Made by a program: the position numbers and the translations under genes
Shown here: positions 36,923 through 51,500 of the stretch, piece by piece
How positions within the stretch are numbered: the stretch's first letter is position 1
Layout: each line of letters starts with the position of its first letter
The notes under the pieces: generated by a model
Database searches by the model: none
Told to the model about the DNA's origin: nothing
Seen by the model: only the letters and a program-made list of their open reading frames with translations
Assembly: GCF_964355755.1 (NCBI RefSeq)
Contig: NC_092679.1
Location: 10,275,432-10,339,431 of the forward strand
Direction of reading: 5' to 3'
Source: Antedon mediterranea
Taxonomy: Eukaryota > Animalia > Echinodermata
Length of the DNA stretch: 64,000 nt

Positions 36923-39459
36923 TATGAAAATTATAATTAACACCCAGAATAAAGCGTGCCATCTTATTCTGATTAACTTGCAATTTACGTTTAAGACATT
37001 TATTTAGATTGGAATACCAAGAACAGGCACCATATTTAAAAAAAAATTTACAATTAAAATTAAAGTTTATTTTTTTATTCTGACTTGTTTAGCCACCACT
37101 GATTGTGAGGGCGTTTGTTGTATGAGAGAATGTATCTGGTGGGTGAAAATCTGTGAAAATACCATATATGACTCTGTGGTCTAGTGGTATGATACTCGCC
37201 CTGTAAGGTTGTCCCGAATCCCGCCAGAAACATTTTTTCATACGACTAAAAAGTACGGAACTTTCGACAATGAACTATGCTCCACGCGATTATGAGATCA
37301 TGTTCCGAATATGAGCACTGTTTCTATCATTTACAGTATGATTTTTATATGTTTATATATATTATGTCCGCACCAGGCTCTGAGTCGATCACAGTCATAT
37401 GACACTATTTGAAATAATGAAAAATGTTTGTAGGGAGAATGAATGTAATAAGCGGGAAATAATAGTTATGCCTATACTGATGACATACATGCATTATCAT
37501 CATGTTATACCTTATAAATTAAAGAAATAATTCAAATTATTAAGGAAAAAACATCTATATTATTCTATAATATATAATATTATTTCCTTTATTGTTATTT
37601 TTACTATTAAGAATACTATTTGATTTGTGTATTTTGGCAAAGCATAGCGCCATCAATTTGCGTATTTTGGCAAAATTCTTGCGTATTTTGGCATGATGCT
37701 CACCAACCCCACTCGTTATTTCTGGGTATTTCAATTTGGCGCGCCATACCTGGAGCCGAAATGATCATGCTATATTTTGTCCTTTTTGGAGTTTCATGAA
37801 TTTGGTCGTTCAATAACCGGCGGCCGAAATGATTGGCGGCCGAAATGCACTCTGACGGTTTCTATCATCCCTACTCTCGTCGGGGGCGGGCGCGCTCTAA
37901 ATTTTTTAATAGAAAAAGGGTGACATCATCGGGATATTCCCAGTGAGCTGTAAGCCGAAAGCTAGAGGGCGCACTCCAGACTAAAAAGTCCAACACAGAG
38001 AGGTATATTCAGAGCGTCAATTCGACGATCGAGCATTCTCTACTTCTACGGAGCGCCATTTATGCCTTTATTTACTTCCGAAATAGTACTGCGGTAAATG
38101 GTCCAGTGGACCAAATTTAGCATGGTGGAGCACAGTGATATAAAATAGAAATAAGTCACTAATTTTAATATCTTTTCGTATGTTAATACACTGTGCTCAA
38201 GTGGACACAATTTGGCGCCAGAGAGGAGCACAGTAATATGAAATAGAAAAAGTCACTGCATTTTAATATATTTTCGTATTTTAATACATTCGGAAAGGCT
38301 ACGCTAGTGCGTTTTACGCTGTACTACGGACGCTAAAATAATGATATCGATCTTCACAAAGATGGCCTAGAAATTGGACGAGCAAAACTAATATTTTCGG
38401 GATAGGTACGACCCAATTGACTAGCTTTTAGAAAACTGTATCGGCTGCCAAGGGTCGCTGTCATTGATAAAAATAAATAAATGTTGATTTGATTTAAGTT
38501 TAGAGCGAATGATTTTCGTATGTATTTCCGACTGTTGTGCTCTTTCTCTATTTCAAGTAATAAAAACAATAGTAGCCAGAATGCGCCCTCTCTTGTTGGG
38601 AGTGAAAATACGGAGATAAAATGTTCTAGCGCCGCCATCGCTAAGAGAAAAAAGCTAATACGCATGCGTAAGCAAGAATTTTTCGTCTTAAGACATAATT
38701 TGCTGTCCTCTAGAGTTTAATTTTGCGCATGTGCAAAGTAAAATTTACCTAAGACAATTTTTCTGCTAAGACATTGCTAAGACGGTTTGATAAATAAGAT
38801 TAAGTTATTTGCTTAAGCACTTCTTAAATATTTCAGCTTAAGCAAAAATATAAGCAAATATTGATAAATGCCAACCCTGGTATATAAGTTCAATATCGGT
38901 TACTTTATCCGTAATGCAAAAGAAAAATTAGTTTTAAAAATATTTCAAACTTGGTATACAGTATAAGACCACATAAATTACAACACATATTCTTGTAAAA
39001 GCACACAATGTTTTTATAAAATAAAATATAATTTATTGTTAATCGCAATAGAATGACAACTTTCTTGGTTATCTAGCAATTTTTTGTATACGAGGATCAT
39101 ATAGAATGCGTTCGCGTTTATACGCTTAAACGCGCTGCGTTGCGTATCGTTCTCAAAAAGATAGGCTCAACACAGGCGTAGTAGTGCGTACTGCGTAGGG
39201 CATATCTGATTGGTGGTGAATCTGCGATAACATTAAAAGATTGCCATCCAGCCTTCGGCTATTACAGATCACTGGGTTATCCACATCATCCTGGCCTTTT
39301 AAATATAATATGTTATAAATAAGTTCTTTGCCTAGGCTATACACCACCCTTAGTTAGCCAACACTCTATTTTTGTTGCCGCCGTAGTCCATCATTTGTTG
39401 TGTTTTGTGTTGTTGTTGTTGGTTGTTGTGTAGGCCTACTATTACTAGGCATAATAATA

Positions 39460-39555
39460 ATGGATGAAACAACAGGACTAACTCTTTTAGCATTCGTGAT
39501 GTTTGTAGGCTGCTATGTGGCCGGATCTATTCCTTTGGCGTGTACACTCTCAGAG
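39460..39555 (+). CDS. SLC39A9: SLC39A9 exon 1
   Basis: ATG GAT GAA...TCA GAG|gtaggt. Confidence 0.93.
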
Positions 39556-42500
39556 GTAGGTAGCCTACTAGTCTTTTAGCTAGGCCTAGCCTAGGCTAGG
39601 CTAGGTCAGCCTAGGCCCTAGAGGCTAGGCCTAGGCTATATAATATGCTAACTAGCGTCTCTCTATCTAGGCCCTAGGCCCTAGCCTAGAAGCTAGGCTG
39701 GGGAACGGTTCCAGGACGATTCGGCCCGCTTTTTAGTGGTCCCAAACGTCTCACTTTTAGACCAAATTCAATCATAATCATTTTTTGGGGTATTTATCAA
39801 GTTTTTAAATAAAGGTGTTTAACAATCTGTATTTTATTGATATTGACAATGTTGATATAATATATTATATATATAATAAATTACTAAAATAACCTAATTT
39901 TATATTCAATTTATTACCTCGAAAACCTTGTTTATTTCGTGCATTCGCCAAGCGGCCAACAGAGGGCGTTCGCATGACTAAAAAATGATCATTTTCGACA
40001 ATGTTTTCAAAGTGTTTGCTGTATTGCATCTTTATCCCTAGTAGTACTACCCATAGTCTCTCTGAAAATAAATTTTGGGGAAAAAAGCTTATTTTATGCT
40101 TATAAAATGCATATCAAAGCCGATAAATTTAAGTGTGCCAGGGCGGAATAGTCCCGGGCTGAATCGTTCCAGGGCTGAATTGTCCCAGGCCGAATCGTTC
40201 GAGGGCTGAATCGTCTCAGGGCCGAATCGTCTCATTACCCTGGGGACCGCGGACGATCGGTCGAGCCCAACAAGGTATTAACCGATTGACCCCTAAATGT
40301 CATCACATGAAACTGTTTCACTGTTGGAACTGTTCAAATTTTGTGCAATGAAACCGACAGCGGGATTAATATATCTTTACAAATACCTAATTTCCAGAGT
40401 CGGAGGACGTGCGTACAATGTTTCACGTTTCTTATTCATCTCTCTCTTGATCTTACCGCAAACCTTTTTTTAATAAAATCTACATTAGAGATAAATGTTT
40501 CGTTTGTAATTTATTATAAAATGACCTACAGGTTATTTGCTGTTTTTGGCCCAACTGTGTGGACGTTCGGGCCCATCTATGTGGACGAACGGGCCCATTC
40601 TAAAAATAAAGGGAAATTGATTGGTCCATGAAAATAAATTGGATTTATAATTGTCCACTGTAAAATAAACCTGTTTCTGCTAAACTGTATATTTTTGGTA
40701 GCAAAAAAAAACATAGAAATAAAATAAAAGCACATCAACCATGACATGCTTCAGAGTACAATCAACGATTAAGATGATCGGGCCCATAATGAAGAAATGG
40801 GCCCAATCGTCTCTATGATGAGCCCAATTGTCCGTGGGCTCAATCGTCCATGTGCCTCTCTCTCTCTCATTCACCTGCTGCGCAACGGTTATGGTGAGGT
40901 AACCATATTAATTAGGTGCAAAACTGCAATAGACAGACCTGAGAGACAAAGTGACTTCATGGCACACGTGAGAAAATTCTTCTGCTTGTGTGTTGATTCT
41001 TGCGTCAACCAATCAAATGACCTATGCCCTCCCGCCTGAGGACATAGGTCATACCATTTGTGAAGAGGGGTGTTCAATGAAAATTTCTACTTTTCGAGTT
41101 ATATCTAGCTCTTCGAGGAGAAAGGGCTATTGTCAGTGTATCCAGGTCTGTAAGCTAGCACTCATACTGTACACTACCACTGTTGGTTTGTGTAATTTAT
41201 GTTTTTAGTGCTGTACCCTTGGCAAAAAACCCATATACGATTTACATATTATGTTTTGTTTATGTTTCGTATACTGACGTTCACTACGTACACGAAACGT
41301 ATTCGGAAGTTCTTGCCCACATAATCAGCATACGAACCGTATACGGCATTTATAAACAAGTTCCTCCATATACGCTTTGTATACGACTCGTATACGACCC
41401 GAACTGCTGCATCATGATATTTTAATATTTGATATTTTGCCAGTAGACATTGTTTATTAATCTAAATCAATTTCTTGTCTACATACTAATTGATATGCTA
41501 TATGTGAATGTTATATTGAATATAAGCCTATTTTTAGTTAAAATGTTTAATTTAATTTTTGTAGTACGGTCATTGCATGGGAATTTTCTGATTAATACTA
41601 TACATATAATTTTATTTTATTTAAGCTATAATTATTGGTTTATAGCGCCAATTTATAAATAGGATATAGTTCATTTACTGTTCCGTATACGGCATTTTTA
41701 TCATGAATAAACAACTTATACGTCCGTATGATAAACGTATACGACTCCAACTCTTTGTAAAGCAACAGAGTGGAAATAAGGTAAACAGTGAAATCGTATA
41801 TGATCCGTATACGTTTTTAATGTATACGGATCGTATACTGCTTTTTTGCAAAGCGTATGCTAGCATAAACATAGTGATAAATTATATTTTTTCTTTGTAT
41901 TTTAACAGAGTAAAATGCGCTTTATTACAATTGTTGGTGCTGGACTTCTTGTAGGAACATCACTTGCTGTAATTATTCCAGAAGGTATACATACTATGTA
42001 TGCAGATCTTGAAAGTAAGTAAGTTAATATTAAGATTGGCAGATGTAAAAAAAATGGATTTCTCCCTAAAGAAAATAGCAATTAAAAACTTCTCAAAGCC
42101 TCGCCGGCGGCCAGTACTAGTGTAAAGTGTTGCTCAACAAGAACAAAATTCATTGATGACGAATGGTTATGACCACACCTTCCATTATTAGTAGGCCTTA
42201 AATTACAAGTTAATTTATAATTAATTAATACAGTACGTCTATGTTGGATTTAAACAAAAATTATTCAGACTTGAAACTGTCGTAACTGTACATCAAACTC
42301 CATTATTAGCTATTGTAACAACAACCTGCAGCAGAGGATCGGTGGAGGGTCAAGTTGTCTCAGGTCGTTTTGGAACATCGTCATCAGCATGAGAGAGGAG
42401 GATCGGAGGACACATACTGTAACATGTGCATGCCTGATCTTGTTGTTTTGTTTTTTAGTCATGCGCGATAATAAACTAGAAAGTATTTAAATAAATGCTA

Positions 42501-45500
42501 TTTTAGTTATAAATAAAAATAAATTATAATTAACATTTTAGGGTAATATAAGGAGATAATGTATGCAAGACTTTATTTAAAAGTTCATCTTCACTAAATT
42601 AAAGGTTAAACAAAACATAAAAAAGTACAGTTCAGCGAGAGTATCCATCCCCTGATCATACACACATGGATATAAACACACTGAGCAAATGAATTACGAA
42701 TAAAGTGATCCATCTCAATTTCCGTTGGAACAAAATTAATCGTACTTGTATTCTATTACTTCGACATTTACAGTATTTTAATTTTAACCAGTCCTTATTA
42801 TCCCATAATAAGTATAATATTTCATTCAAACGCATTTTTAAAACGAAACATTGTTCATTATATAGCGTAGTAAACAAACTTAGTGGAGTAGTACTGCGCG
42901 GTACACACACGTGGGTAAAAACAGCACCTACACAGCAAAAATTGTTGTATCGAGGAAATATCCTGCTGTCACCTATAATACCACAACATGTTAGTGAAAT
43001 TTAAAAAAGTGACATGTCTTTGAAGTTAAAAATATACCATTTTTTATATACCTAAGTGAATAAAAATTATAATATGTCTGGAAAGATCTTTTTTAATGGT
43101 TTATTTATACAGTATATGTTTATTAAATATTTTAATAGAAAACGCGAGTTAAAAAGGAGGTACAAAAGCCGGAGAGCAGAAATCCGCACGCTAAAAAGAA
43201 CTTTGGAAAACACCTACCCATTTTCAAAACATGATCGCACAGCGGCCATAATAGGTGGTGAAGTAATTTTGTATGTTATCATGTATTATTAAATACTCTT
43301 CATTTTGATATGTAAATCGGTTATTATTATTATGTACATCCGCCTCAAATGTCAATTTTTCGGATAACAATTTTGTAGTCTTTCTCATTATTAAAATCAG
43401 GCTAATTTAGTATTGAATTGAAGCTAATTTATATCTGTTTGATTAACCACATTGTTTTATTTGACTTTGCGTGGCCGTCGTGCGAAGAGGCCAACAAGAC
43501 CAAACAATGAAAAAAATAATCCCTACTACAGGGGGTTCAGTTCTCAGCTTATTACTAAATTACCATCGCCCAGGCAATGTGCATGGTATGCATGTATTAC
43601 CGCGTTAAATTATGATTGAATACCTCCGCAGTGGACTGTTCCATTAATTAATTAACTAATCTTCCCTGCACACGAGGCATGGCGAAGAATGTTGATCCTC
43701 ATGGAATATTTGCTTTTAAACCTTAATTTTACCAATTTATTAAATTATTATTTAATAAAGTGGAGTATTTATCAAGCTACTATTAAAGCAAATATTTGTC
43801 AGAAGATTGACCTCTAACTGTAAATGTGCAAGAAACTGTTATATGATGCAGCGTAAGTTACGCATACAAATTTTGTCTATCTGATGTCATGACGTCATCA
43901 TATGGCCAGTTGAAATCAAAAAGTCATATTTTCATCTCTTTCGTAAAAGAGAGCGCATTTAAAAGAGAGCGCAACTCACTTTACGTGCCCAAAATTTATC
44001 AAATTTTTATTAATGTAATTATTTAGATAATTATCTTCTAAAATACTTGTTATGTCTTTATAATACTGTATGTCAATTTGACGATGTCATCGTGTTAATA
44101 ATTGGATTTAAAAGATGGGTCTCATAATTTCATCTATGCTACACTGTATATTATAACAACAATGTATTCTGTAAATACTGTAATTTTGTGCACTTTGATG
44201 TTTTTGTGTAATATACTGTATGCTTTATGACACGAAATAGGTACAATTCAGCACACTGTAAACATATTTAATTCATATCATAGGCATAATAATTCATAAA
44301 ATCGCGCGTAAGTCAAGTTGTGCAACTCTGATGTTTTTAAAATTAAGAGGTGCACAACTTCACGTAAATGTCAATATGTTGACAAAGTTACGAAACTAGA
44401 TTTGAACTCTTCACCTTGATGAAAATTATTGTGCCATCCTGTGACCTGAAGTAAATGTTTGCAGTACTGAATTGTGCCATACAGCATACAGTATCAACCG
44501 TATACACTGTACAGAATACAATGTTATAAATACAATAGATAAAATTACGAGACCCATCTTTTATTCCAATTTTTAACACGATTACGTCATCAAAATGCAA
44601 CATGAAGATAGAGATTTCAAATGATGATTGTCTGTCTGAGCCAAATCATATTTAACTCAGAAGATAATTGTGTACGTAGAAATGATACAGCACGCTCTTT
44701 TAAACGTGATAAAAATTTACAAAAAAAATATCAAAATCTGACTTTTTGAATTTAACTGGCCATATGACGACATTCGATAGACAATATTTTTATATGAAAT
44801 CATATCTACAATTTAATTATTATGGAAGGTGTTGAATTCATACAGTATTAAAATGTTGTCTATTGGTTAAATTATTGGAACTTTATACTGTACCAGATTT
44901 TGTAACATTAGAAAGCTATAAAAAGTTTTAAGCAATCGAAATATTCTGACCAGGTGTGCACATTTGTACATACGCACAGCGCAGGGAACGTGTATGTATT
45001 TTAATTGCACGATTTGTGTTTTTCAAACTTCGTTTAACAACTTTATACATTGTTCAACTTGTCAACTTGAAATTGTGTTCTACAAGCATGTTCAACATGA
45101 CGGTTGTGCGCCTTAAAGTGTAAAAAAAATGTGAAAATGTTACAAAATATCTTTAAAAAATGATAAATTTCATCAGAATGCATGTTTACCCCCAATTTTA
45201 TTTTATTTTTGTTACACTTACAGTGCATGAATTTAATGTGCACATTTACATTTTGTTTGCGGGCAAATTACCACTAATTAGTATGGAATCACTGTATTAT
45301 TGTAATTACTATCTTGCAGAAGATACTGAAAAACATCATGTTGAAGAGGCAGAGAATGCAAAAGAACATGAGGCAGCAATTCCTGACCATACCCACTCAA
45401 GGCATGAACATTTGCACAGTACAGTGGGTATCTCACTTGTTCTTGGATTTGTTTTCATGTTAATTATAGATCAGTGCGCCGGTGGACATGGTGCTTCACC

Positions 45501-48500
45501 AGGTATTAAATTTGATTTTGTTAGAAATTCAATTCACAACCAACTGAATAAAAATAAAATCAAAGAAACTTTTACAATTTTAGATCTAAAAACAGACTAG
45601 ATTTGAACTCGTCACTGTGATGAGTTTTGGTTATTTGCGCAAAGGGCAACATGTATCCCATCCTATTCTTCTTGAAAATTTAATTTTGCGCATTTTAACA
45701 TTTGGAACTCCCGGTACGACGCCTGCGACAACAACACACTCGTAAGGTATCAGTTTGTTTTGTTTCTATTGTTTAGGCCTACCATCATATTTATGTAATC
45801 TGAACCCGCCCGTTACTGTATGTAAATTGTAAAAAAGTTTATTTTTTCTCTATTGTTAATAGGCAAACAATAAATAAGAAAGTTTATAGAATTCATGTAA
45901 ATTGTTTTTCCTTGGGGTTTTGTACATGTGTTTAGAGTTCGCATCATATTATTTTATATAATGTGAGGCGTGCAGCGAGAAGTGTACAGTACAGGGAGGC
46001 TAGAATAGAGAGCTACCCACAAAAAAAAAACATATCATGTTTTGTGAATTTCAAGTGTTTGCGAAAGATATTGTTGGGTCTTTTCTACCTTGTTTTTTTT
46101 AATGAGTTTTCTCAATACTTAATAAATGACTTAAAAATATATATAAACAAACCCTGAAATAAAACAAGGCCTATCATATGAGCACAAACAAGTAAACTAG
46201 GCCTAGTAGTAGTAGTAGTAGTAGTATTTTCAATCACAGACATACTTTAATTGCACTATGATAAATAAATCGATTTTTTATTTCAAATAGGCCTATATTG
46301 TGTTATATAAAATGATGTTATCCTGTACTGTAATTCCAGTTATTGTCTGTTTGATAACAATAATATATATGAACAAAACATCAACAAATTATAAATACAG
46401 TTCGCTGCAGTTGAATTACTCAATGCAGTAATGCCCGAGTGAATATGGACAGTATTGGTACCTATGTATATTATACGCGAGTCACGTAATTTTCAGACCT
46501 GTGTAAAATGTTTAGGCTTGGTATGATATGTAGTCAGTACTTTAGGAAACATGGTGTACGATACACAAATGCCCTCCTGGCACGACGGTGGAAGCACTCA
46601 TTCAAGTCTAGGCCTAGGGCCTAGTCGTCTGTGACAGCCGGAGAATTGTTTATCTACTACTAGGCCTAGTACAGTATATAAATATTGTGAATTACAAAAT
46701 ATATTTAATTACAGTTAGGGGCCTAGTACACAAGGCCTAACTGTGTGGTACTGTATATTAGAAATAAAAACATTTTGAACTCAACCAAGTGACCCGCTCA
46801 ATCATATCATATTCATAGCCCCCATAGGCTATACTGATGAGTTGAGTATGACATAAATACGAAGCTTGCATTGATTAGGCCTAGCTAGGCCAACTGTAGG
46901 CTTCCATAGGCTTGGAACAATATTATAAGGTGGTCAACGTTTATTTATTTTTCATTTTTTAAACCACTATTTTTTAAACATTTAAATAACCCGTAACATT
47001 CATCACTTTAAATACTAATAATGATATTAACAATTGATTTTGATATTCATGTGTTTTAAGTTACAGTAATTGCGCATGCATGATATGTATGTTAACGAAC
47101 AAATAAAAAATATTTTTTTTTTTTTTTTCAACGACAGGTGACGATAAGGATGTGTTTATACAACACGCTTCTTATTTACACGCATGTTCGTAGGATGCGT
47201 GTTATCATCAAGGTCAATCCCCTAACCTGCATCGTTCATACATAAAAAATGAACTACCGTGTTAAACGTTCGTGTGTGCTTTGTGAACAGGAAGTTTCGT
47301 CAGATACAATAGTATTAGGCCAAAAAAAAAATGATTGTGACCGACCCTAAAGTGACGAAAATGAAGGCCAGCTTTTTTTTATTTGTGAGCCAAACTGCAA
47401 TCGCGAAACCAAACAGGCTAGTGAAAATATATTGTCTTATTCGCCAAATTGGCGATCTTATTCGCCAAATTGGCGAATATATTTCACCTCTGCCAGACGT
47501 GTCAAAAAGAAGTGTGCAACCAACCGTGACTCAATCATGTGATAACCGGAATACTCGATTATCAATTTTGGGGGGGATCAAAGTTTTAACTAAATAAACG
47601 CTTTGATTACACAGTGGTTTGACAGGTTTTTAATAGTTATCACATTTTTAAACACCCTCATAATTAATTGATTCTACCAATGTTGATCTGCAAAGAACAA
47701 CAGATCGTACATCGCACGAGGTTGTTAAGGCGGTGTTTTTTGGTTTTACCAAAGAATATATATATTCTTTGATTTTACTGATACTGAGTACTACGATCTG
47801 ATTACGAACTTGTTAAATGATGAGTCGCCAAGCAAGTAGGCCTATACATTTAATAAAAATTTACCTAAGATTGTCGTAAGCTCTTTTGTTTAAACTTGTT
47901 ATTTATATAGCGATATAATCCACCCGTTCCGGAATGCACGTTAAGCCTCTAGCCTTACTCCTCGCGATCGATCGATGTCTCTCCTGGTGGGGAATTACTT
48001 TAAAAACGATAAAAGATAATACACAAGCGGCATCTTTTGAATACTTATTTTGGTATCAGTCCTTCTTGAATACTGTAGGCATAGGCTAGGCTGTTGATTA
48101 TTACCATGGAGATGATATAATATCCGACGAAAGCTGGTTAGTAATAATTTATTACATTGGAGGAACAACCCGAGGCTACTTAAAAAGGCTCCTTCAGCTA
48201 CTCCAACCGGCCAAATTTGGCCGGTCGTCAAGTAGCCTTTTCAAGTAGCCTTTCCAGATGGTATAGTCATTACACGGAATCCATTTCTGTAAATACAACA
48301 CGCCAACGTCGATGCGTGTAAATTTAGCGTGTTGTATAAACGGGCCCTAAGTACGGATTTCAACCCAGAAAACATTGTATTAGATTATATATTAATTATT
48401 TCTATTATCATGTTAATTAATTAATTGGATTATGTGAACAAATACTGTAATAAAATATTAAATCAATTTTAAAAATCTCATCTTTCTAAGTGAAAACCTT

Positions 48501-51500
48501 TTTCAAAATTGCAAAGTTTGCGCGATTTATTATTGTTTGTAGCTCCATGGTTATAGTATAAGGCGGTGGCCTTATGTGACCTAGTGCAATATATTGAATG
48601 TTATTGAAAGATCATAATGCACAATTACGGAAGAACAGACGAAAATCAATTAATAGATCCTGTTTAAGCAAAAAATTGATTTGGTAATCTCGGTGGGAAA
48701 GGGGGTTTGGAAGATACGGTGACGGTTGACAAATCACAGTGCATGATACGATATTATTCAATCCAATGGAATTGTATGAAATGTACTTTAGGCCTAATGA
48801 TTGCAATGCAAGGATCCGATTGAAAAACTGAATTTGTATTTTTATAATGGTTACAAAATCGCCATCTGATGTTGAAATATTTATTTGAAATAACAATTAC
48901 AGAAAAGATTATAGATTGGTATACAATATTCTTTTAATAATTGAATCAAAAATTTGAAATTCTACGTCAAATGACAATATGACAAACCCTTTATTCTTTA
49001 TCGCACATTTGCATTTTTCGCTTTTTGTGTCGGCTAATGGCATCGATAGATTGCAGGCATCTTTTCCAAGCATTCCCCTGCAACCCATGAGGAATCGGCG
49101 ATCTTAAAGGCACAGTACACTGCTTAACTTTGGCCATTATTGCCGGATCGAGTTTATTAGCCCACTGTTTACCTGATGTATTACAGCGCTCACGTTCTTC
49201 TTCAGTGCTTGTGGTGGTAGTTGTGCTGTTGAACTTATCCCCTCTTTGCATTTGACGATATGCTTCCGTCACCTATCTAAACGACGGAGCTCTGGTACTC
49301 GGACATTAGGGAGGTTTCGCAACCTTACCAATACGATAACGAATACGATAACGAAAACGGATACGTCATACATTTGTGAAACTTTTGAGATGATCCCCAT
49401 TTCATATTCGTAATGCGTATTCGTGCTGACGAATATCACCAGTCATATTCGTAACTACAAAACGAGTATAGTTTTTGATCTATTTTGCACATTTTGCATT
49501 TGAATCAGGAATGATGCATGATTATGATTTAATTATAGATTTATTGAAAGTAATTTACTAAAGTAATTTACTAAAATGCCAAGTCAATTTTGATAAATAG
49601 GAGTTTTTAAAGTCCTCACTCGCTTTGATGTTACGCTAGGCCTAGGCAGCCAAGCACCAAGCAACACGTACCTGTGCTTCGCTCAAATTTACCGCAGTCA
49701 TTTTGGACGCGCCTCAATATTTCGTTGTCATGCGAAACAGATTTTGTTATGGCTTACGAAAACGAATACGTGTGGGTGACGTATCCGTTTTCGTTATTGT
49801 ATTCGTAAGATTGCGAAACCTCTCTACTGTCCTTATTTAACCAACACGTTGACCCATAGCCTATCCATTGTACAAGTCTACGGTTGCTTCACCTTAGCCC
49901 GCAGCCACACCCCACATGTACAGTATCAATTGCCTGAACTACAGCACCATGGTATTGGTAATGATAATGTAATATTTCTAATCTGCTATTAACTAATTTC
50001 AAGGATGCAAGTGACGGCCGAAGGATCGGTTGATACGTACTCTCATCCCTCCCCCTGAAAAAAAATTTAGATTTAAGTTTTCAACATGATTCATTAGTCG
50101 TCTTCATCTTCTTCTTCATTCTTTGGTTTGTCTGTTTGGTCTTTCTTCCATCTCTTAGCCAGTGCCAATAGTTTGAGACTTGGTTGGTTAGCTTCATCAG
50201 TTAGGAAAATATAATCATAATCCACTAAATCCCTCCTCTCAAACCCAATTCTGTTTTCGCTTTTCATTATTCTTGTAAGAAATTGGTAAGTCGAAATCCT
50301 CAAATATTCATAAAATGATGGAATATTGTTTTCCACAAACAAATTCCTCGCAATAACAAATCTGGGTTGTCCCAACAACCTCCGGAAAGCATCATTATAA
50401 CAAACCTTAAGTCGGTCGATATCTTTTTAAAAACGATTAGACCATAAAGGAGAACAGTACGTTAATACAATGATCTGAACAAAAAACATTTGATTGATTT
50501 GGAGCAGTATGAAAATTACATTACATAAAACATTACCTCTAATACATAGAGATCTATATTGGCGTTTTATATCTGCCTCATCTCTTAGATTCGAAGTTAA
50601 AATATGGCCTAAGTACGTAAAATGATTAACATACTCCAGCGCCTTATCACCCAATACTGTTTTAGGAGTCCCATAGATTCTAGGAATAGTGGGACAAAAC
50701 AGCATACAGTTAGACTTTTTATTATTATAAATAATATCATGCTCAGATGTAAAACCTACACACGTGTTAATCAGTTTTTGAAGGCCTGGGGCAGAGGGAG
50801 CTAACACAACCAAATCATCAGCATAGCATAAATGAAAAGTGAGCGTACCATCTAGATAAATATAATTATTAATATAAAATGTTATTATTATATATTAATA
50901 TAAAAAAACAATAAATTTCGTGGGGTCGCGATCAAAACACAAACATTGTAGGTTCGCAATAAAAAAACAATGCCCCATACGTAGGCTAGGCTACGTGTGG
51001 GAACAAAGCAGTAATTAATAGCTGTAACTGTACATCAACGAAAGATGAATACATTTTAACACATAAAAATAAAAAATGTGTAGTCGGAAAGCAGCTGAAA
51101 ATCCTCGCCACTGGTCTGATCCACATTTGCAATAGCGGGGAGTAAAGAAATGTACTAAAATAACAGGATTATGCTTTTTTACAGGAGATGGAGATAAAAT
51201 TAGAAGAGACAATATGACGGCAACATTGGGATTAGTAGTCCATGCAGCAGCAGATGGTATAGCAATGGGAGCTGCTGCATCTACATCAAGAGTAGATGTG
51301 GAAACCATAGTATTTATTGCTATTATGCTTCATAAGGTATGTTTTTTTAATCTATATATAAAAAGCAAACATGCACGCCGCCGTGCAACATATCCTATCT
51401 TGTCTGAATTTGCACCCAACATCCATCTTGCTACGGAGATGGTCATGGTCTATATGAAAAGTTTGTAAATATTTTTTTTTTGTCACTTTTATTTCAGTTT

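Noticed and set aside
45160-45600. 146-aa ORF as an independent gene (similarly 51214-51468 and 56525-56791)
   Set aside because: These are ZIP9 exons read through into flanking intron sequence.
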